From positions 1 to 38,056 of IMG/VR virus record IMGVR_UViG_3300044949_001698: DNA of 38,056 nucleotides; one strand, given 5' to 3'. The notes below the pieces were generated by a model, which was not told where the DNA came from, searched no databases, and saw nothing but the letters and a program-made list of their open reading frames with translations. Source of the stretch: a virus (Duplodnaviria > Caudoviricetes). The position numbers and the translations under genes were made by a program. Shown in pieces: positions 34,036-38,056 of this stretch (position 1 is the stretch's first letter; each line of letters begins with the position of its first letter).

Positions 34036-34353
34036 ATGACCGCCCCACCCCAGAAGGGCGGGTCGCAGCAGGGACACCCGGACGGTGCAGCAGCGCAGCA
34101 TGCACCGTCCGGGTCTGCGACCGACCCCCTGAAACTCCACCTCGCCATCTGGTCACAAGTCGTACAGCACCGGCGGTCACTCGGCCCCGACGAATACTGC
34201 CCGACCGTCACCCTTCTCGTCTCCGACCTGGAAGGGATCGTCAACGCCCTCCGATGGGCCGACCAGCAACTCCACCCCACCCCACCGTTCAACCCTGAAA
34301 CCGAAGTCGAACAATGGTGGGCACGCGACCGTCTCGACAACGACGACCGGTAA
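34036..34353 (+). CDS. Hypothetical protein
   Basis: Fills the gap between the SSB-like and primase genes; no recognisable motif. Confidence 0.5.
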   Translation: MTAPPQKGGSQQGHPDGAAAQHAPSGSATDPLKLHLAIWSQVVQHRRSLGPDEYCPTVTLLVSDLEGIVNALRWADQQLHPTPPFNPETEVEQWWARDRLDNDDR

Positions 34354-34367
34354 CGCACACACACAAC

Positions 34368-36653
34368 ATGACCCCACACGAAGCAGCAGTCGACTACGCC
34401 CGCCACGGCTGGCGGGTCGTCCCCATCCTCCCCAACACCAAACGGCCATCCCTCACCCGATGGACCGAACAAGCCACCACCAACCCCGACACCATCAACG
34501 GCTGGTGGAACGACAACCCCGACCACGGCGTCGGCATCGCCACCGGCCCCACCTCAGGCATCTTCGTCGTAGACGTAGACGACCTCGACGCCCTCCACGA
34601 CCTCCAACAACAACACGGCCACCTCCCCGACACCCTCACCAGCCTCACCGGCTCCGGTGGCATGCACCTCATCTACCGGCACCCACCCGGCACAGAAATC
34701 CGCAACGACGCCGGCCGACGACTCGGCCCCGGCATCGACATCCGCGGCGACGGCGGCCAAATCGTCGCCCCACCCACCATCCACCCCAACGGCACCCCCT
34801 ACACCTGGGACGCCGGCCAACCCACCGAACCCGCCGACCCACCCGACTGGCTCATCCAACTCGTCGCAGGCCCACCCACCCCCGAACCCGCAACCAACGA
34901 ACGGATCGCCAACACCCGCTCCGACCGGCCCGGCGACCTGTTCGCCGCCGCCACCACCTGGGCCGACCTCCTCACCGCCGACGGCTGGACCCTCCACCAC
35001 ATCGACCGGGACGGCGAACAACACTGGACCCGCCCCGGCAAAAACCCACGCGAAGGCACCTCCGCCACCACCGGGTACAAAGGCTCCGACGTACTCAAAG
35101 TCTTCACATCCAGCGTCCAACACCTCGGCCTCAATGAAGGCGACACCTACACCAAACTCGGATACCTCGCCGCCACCCGCTTCAACGGCAACCACAACGC
35201 CGCCGCCAGTTTCCTCGCCACCCAAGGCTGGACCGAACCCACCCCCGAGTTCGCAGACCTCATCGAAACCGCCGTCATCACCGGCACCCCACCAGCCGCC
35301 GTCGCCGAACTCGTCACCGAAACCATCGACGCGCTCGCCAACCCGCCCGCCGAAACCAACACCGGCTGGGTGTTCACCGACCTCACCCAATACATCAACG
35401 GCGAACACACCCCCGCACACCCCGACATGCTCGCCTGCACCGACGGTGTCACCCACCTCCTGTACAGCGGGAAAGTCCACTCGATCGCCGGTGAACCGGG
35501 CGGCGGCAAGACCTGGGTGGCGCTCACCGCCATCGCTGAAGTCCTCCGCAACGGCGACCAGGCCGTCCTCATCGACTACGAAGACACCCCCGCCACCGCC
35601 ACCACACGCCTCAAGCAGCTTGGCGTCACCAACCAGCAGCTCCTGCGGTTCCACTACATCAACCCGCCCGAAGCGATCCAAGACCGCAACGGCCGCATGG
35701 AAGCCTCCACGATCGCCACACTCAACTGGCTCGCAGACAACAAACCTGCGCTCATCGTCATCGACTCCGTCGGCGAATCCATCGCCACCGAAGGTCAAGA
35801 CCAGAACAGCGACGGTGAAGTCGCCACCTGGAACCAGCTCATCCCGCGACGCCTCGCCGGCTACGGATCCACCATCCTGCTCCTTGACCACGTCACCAAA
35901 AACAAGGAGACACGCGGCCAGTTCGCAGTCGGATCCCACCGGAAACTCGCTGCGATCGACGGGGCCCACTACATGCTGGAGGTTCGCACGTCACCATCCA
36001 AGACGGCTGACGGTGTCCTCCGTCTCGTCTGCGGCAAAGACCGCCACGGCACGTTCCAGAAGAACCACGCTGTCTGCGACGTTCACGTCGTCAACCAGCC
36101 CGGCAACCGGGTGGCCGTCACGTTCGTCCCGTACCAGGCCGCAGAGTTCAAGCCGACCCGCTACATGGAGCTGGTGTCGAAGCATCTGGAACTGTACGGC
36201 GACAGCTCCAAGACAGAGGTGGAGCGAGACGTTGAAGGGAAAGCTGAGTACATCCGGCAGGCGGTCGCGGTGCTGGTCGAAGACGGCTGCGTCGAGGTGT
36301 ACAAGGAACGGAACGCCCACATGATCCGGCTGCTGATCCCGTACCGTGCGCCGGAGGCGACGCTGTCCGACTACACCGGCAGCAACCTCACCCAACCACC
36401 CGACACCACGGAGAGTGACTGGGAGCTCGAGCCTGACACCACAGAGAGTGGGGACGAGATCCACCCGATCTCGTCCCACCCAAACAGCCCCGAAAACACC
36501 ATCTCGTCCCCCTCGTCCCCCTTACGTCCCCTGCCTCGTCCCGCCCCGAGGGACGAGCAATCGACATCTCGTCCCCTCTCCCCCTCCCCTATAGGAGGGG
36601 AGAGGGACGAGACGAGAGCGTCCCTGGACAATCCGGCCGGGTTCCTCGCCTAA
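34368..36653 (+). CDS. Bifunctional primase-polymerase fused to a RecA-like/AAA helicase
   Basis: Prim-Pol motifs GVGIATG, VVDVD, TGSGGMHLIY, GIDIRGDGGQIVAPPTIH; WTRPGK domain; Walker A GEPGGGKTW; Walker B IVIDS; LDHVTK. Confidence 0.93.
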   Translation: MTPHEAAVDYARHGWRVVPILPNTKRPSLTRWTEQATTNPDTINGWWNDNPDHGVGIATGPTSGIFVVDVDDLDALHDLQQQHGHLPDTLTSLTGSGGMHLIYRHPPGTEIRNDAGRRLGPGIDIRGDGGQIVAPPTIHPNGTPYTWDAGQPTEPADPPDWLIQLVAGPPTPEPATNERIANTRSDRPGDLFAAATTWADLLTADGWTLHHIDRDGEQHWTRPGKNPREGTSATTGYKGSDVLKVFTSSVQHLGLNEGDTYTKLGYLAATRFNGNHNAAASFLATQGWTEPTPEFADLIETAVITGTPPAAVAELVTETIDALANPPAETNTGWVFTDLTQYINGEHTPAHPDMLACTDGVTHLLYSGKVHSIAGEPGGGKTWVALTAIAEVLRNGDQAVLIDYEDTPATATTRLKQLGVTNQQLLRFHYINPPEAIQDRNGRMEASTIATLNWLADNKPALIVIDSVGESIATEGQDQNSDGEVATWNQLIPRRLAGYGSTILLLDHVTKNKETRGQFAVGSHRKLAAIDGAHYMLEVRTSPSKTADGVLRLVCGKDRHGTFQKNHAVCDVHVVNQPGNRVAVTFVPYQAAEFKPTRYMELVSKHLELYGDSSKTEVERDVEGKAEYIRQAVAVLVEDGCVEVYKERNAHMIRLLIPYRAPEATLSDYTGSNLTQPPDTTESDWELEPDTTESGDEIHPISSHPNSPENTISSPSSPLRPLPRPAPRDEQSTSRPLSPSPIGGERDETRASLDNPAGFLA
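36451..36624. repeat. Clustered CGTCCC/GGGACG direct and inverted repeats (candidate replication origin)
   Basis: CGTCCC at 36472, 36505, 36514, 36525, 36537, 36570 and 36619; GGGACG at 36451, 36550 and 36604; perfect 11-bp inverted repeat at 36451-36477; imperfect palindrome centred on CCTATAGG. Confidence 0.7.
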
Positions 36654-36668
36654 CCAACCAACCCAACA

Positions 36669-37247
36669 TCACGGCGCACAACCACCACACCCCGACCTCG
36701 ACGCCACCCACAACACCAACGGCCACAAATCCACCCAACCCGACCGACCAGCAGGCCGCGGCACCCCCACCGGAGCCTTACCACGCTCCAGGCGACCCGC
36801 CGCCAACAACCTGTGCAGATACGTCGTGTGGCAACCCACCATCGCCGCCGCCTCAGACGGCGACACCACCCCAACATCCACACGCTCACCCGACACCAAC
36901 CCGCAACACACCGCCACACCCAACGGCGACGCCCACCAGCGAGCCGGCCGACCCTCCATCAACCCGACCACCGCCAACGCGGCCTCACGGCGCACCTCCA
37001 CCGACCCCGCCACCAGACGATCCGCCAACCCGGCCGTCCACAACCCCGGAGCCCACGACGGCAACTCAGGCAACTCAGGAACCGCGCCCGTCAACCGACC
37101 CACCAGGTCAGCCAACACCGGCTCCAACAGCACACGAACCTCGCCGCTGTCGACACCCGGAACCTTCGACACACACCCCCCCCGAGAGGGAGAGGGGGGG
37201 GAGGGGGGGGAGGGGGGGGGAGGGGGGGTATCCGAAACCTCAGACAT
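36669..37247 (-). CDS. Putative DNA-binding protein with a C-terminal HTH
   Basis: WWASPLG motif, then VSPSEAAAMVGCHTTYLHRLLAAGRL (Xis/MerR-like HTH). SD GGAGGTG/GAGGT before ATG 37247. N-terminal poly-Pro is encoded by homopolymer tracts. Confidence 0.72.
   Translation of the reverse strand: MSEVSDTPPPPPSPPSPPSPSRGGCVSKVPGVDSGEVRVLLEPVLADLVGRLTGAVPELPELPSWAPGLWTAGLADRLVAGSVEVRREAALAVVGLMEGRPARWWASPLGVAVCCGLVSGERVDVGVVSPSEAAAMVGCHTTYLHRLLAAGRLERGKAPVGVPRPAGRSGWVDLWPLVLWVASRSGCGGCAP
37194..37228 (+). repeat. G8-A-G8-A-G9-A-G7 tract (G-quadruplex-competent / slippage-prone)
   Basis: Read directly from the sequence; preceded by a C8 tract at 37176-37183. Confidence 0.9.
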
Positions 37248-37253
37248 CAGACC

Positions 37254-37646
37254 TCACACCTCCCAATCCGACACCGACACAAACTCCTCCTCCAACGTCC
37301 CGTCAGGCGAAACCCAGGTCACCGTCCACTCACCATCAGGGAAACGCCCAGCAAGGCGAACCCAACGTCGGAGAAAGCCAAGGATCTGGTTCGGGTTGCT
37401 GGCAGGCTTCGGCAGCTCGCCCTCTTCGGCCCAGATCTGCCAAGGGCCAACCGTCATCGACAGCGACACCAGCGCGTCGTCCAACAGATCGTCGCCGTCA
37501 AGCTCCAGGTCGACGTAGACGACCCTGCAACAGAGTGCCCGGTAGCCGAGGTCGCAGTCGAGGAGCATGTTGTCCTCGGTTTCCCACGCTGTGTCGTAGC
37601 GGGTTCGGAGATCGTCTGCCGTGAAGGGCATCGAGATGATGTCCAT
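37254..37646 (-). CDS. Hypothetical acidic protein
   Basis: 130 aa from ATG 37646, preceded by the leader ACACACACAACAGGAAGAGG; acidic/aromatic composition. Confidence 0.7.
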   Translation of the reverse strand: MDIISMPFTADDLRTRYDTAWETEDNMLLDCDLGYRALCCRVVYVDLELDGDDLLDDALVSLSMTVGPWQIWAEEGELPKPASNPNQILGFLRRWVRLAGRFPDGEWTVTWVSPDGTLEEEFVSVSDWEV

Positions 37647-37735
37647 GCTTCGTTTACCTCTTCCTGTTGTGTGTGTTTCTGAAAGGATTGCGGCAGGTCT
37701 AAAGGGGTCTTGCCTTGGCCCGACCAAGTGTTCTG

Positions 37736-37754
37736 TGAAGCTACACTAGCTTCA
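37736..37754. promoter_or_regulatory. Palindrome TGAAGCTA-CAC-TAGCTTCA (operator/promoter candidate)
   Basis: Perfect 8-bp inverted repeat upstream of the leftward operon; contains TANNNT hexamers on both strands. Confidence 0.5.
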
Positions 37755-37946
37755 GGGTCGGACAGGACTCGCTGAACCTGCCGAAATTTTTGGAATTCGT
37801 CAGGCCGCGTAAATACATACCGAACCCTCCCCCTCCCCCTCCCCGTCCCGGCCGCCCGGCGGCCCGGCCCCGCCCCGCCCCGCCCCGCCCCCGCCCGCCC
37901 GCCCCCGTGCGCCGGCGGGCGGCCCCGCCCCGCCCCGCCGGCCCGC

Positions 37947-38056
37947 CGGCCACCTCGACGCCTGCCAGGTCGGCCACCTCGACGCCTGCCACGTCGGCCA
38001 CCTCGACGCCTGCCACGTCGGCCACCTCGACGCCTGCCACGTCGGCCACCTCGACG
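37947..38056. repeat. Right-end tandem repeat: 24-bp unit CGGCCACCTCGACGCCTGCCA(C/G)GT x4.6
   Basis: Units start at 37947, 37971, 37995, 38019 and 38043 (partial). The last 9 nt (ACCTCGACG) equal the first 9 nt of the window. Preceded by (GCCCC)n tracts at ~37866-37938. Confidence 0.95.

Noticed and set aside
12817-34040. Recurrent TGACATG at gene junctions as a regulatory motif
   Set aside because: Mostly explained by ordinary stop-1nt-start translational coupling.
34657-36324. 555-aa Pro/Thr/Ser-rich alternative-frame ORF (mucin-like glycosylation target)
   Set aside because: A by-product of the extreme C/A skew within the primase-helicase gene; no independent evidence of translation.
37741-38049. 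Minus-strand repeat protein (ADVAGVEV)n
   Set aside because: Both repeat units are multiples of 3, but the frame runs into low-complexity G/C tracts, and the left-end copy at 161-191 is out of frame with those at 1-94. It cannot be fully excluded until the junction is resolved.
37947-38056. CRISPR array at the termini
   Set aside because: Units are head-to-tail with no unique spacers, and there is no cas operon. The Cas4-like exonuclease is an ordinary phage recombination nuclease.

Overview
The window looks like a complete or near-complete ~38 kb temperate siphovirus genome of an Actinomycetota host, in its excised form. The assembly appears to be broken inside a GC-rich tandem repeat shared by both ends. 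Evidence for the host group: two WhiB genes, an actinophage-type gene set and high GC; no lysin B was recognised, so a non-mycolata host is inferred. Gene order on the + strand: terS, terL, HNH, portal, MuF-like protein, scaffold, SAM methyltransferase, major capsid, two glycosyltransferases, an adaptor/fibre fusion, neck genes, major tail, frameshifting chaperones, tape measure, tail tip, holin/endolysin and a metallophosphoesterase. These are followed by an intact attP (3' half of tRNA-Val(GAC) flanked by arm repeats), a tyrosine integrase, a repressor (- strand), Xis, early genes, a C5 DNA methyltransferase with a nested +1-frame gene, WhiB x2, a resolvase-like nuclease, an exonuclease, an SSB-like protein, a primase-polymerase/helicase, and two - strand genes. 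The most interesting candidate system is a virion glyco-decoration cassette: a methyltransferase and two glycosyltransferases wrapped around the capsid gene, with capsid and tail-tube proteins both ending in a flexible C-terminal Ser. Other notable items: a repeated-hairpin leader before the capsid gene, a head-tail adaptor fused to BppU-like and fibre domains, a ~375-aa domain inserted inside a PKD domain of the tail hub, an EcoHK31I-beta-like overlapping gene, and a G-quadruplex/repeat-rich junction where strand skew flips. All calls come from motif recognition and synteny by eye; no searches were run.
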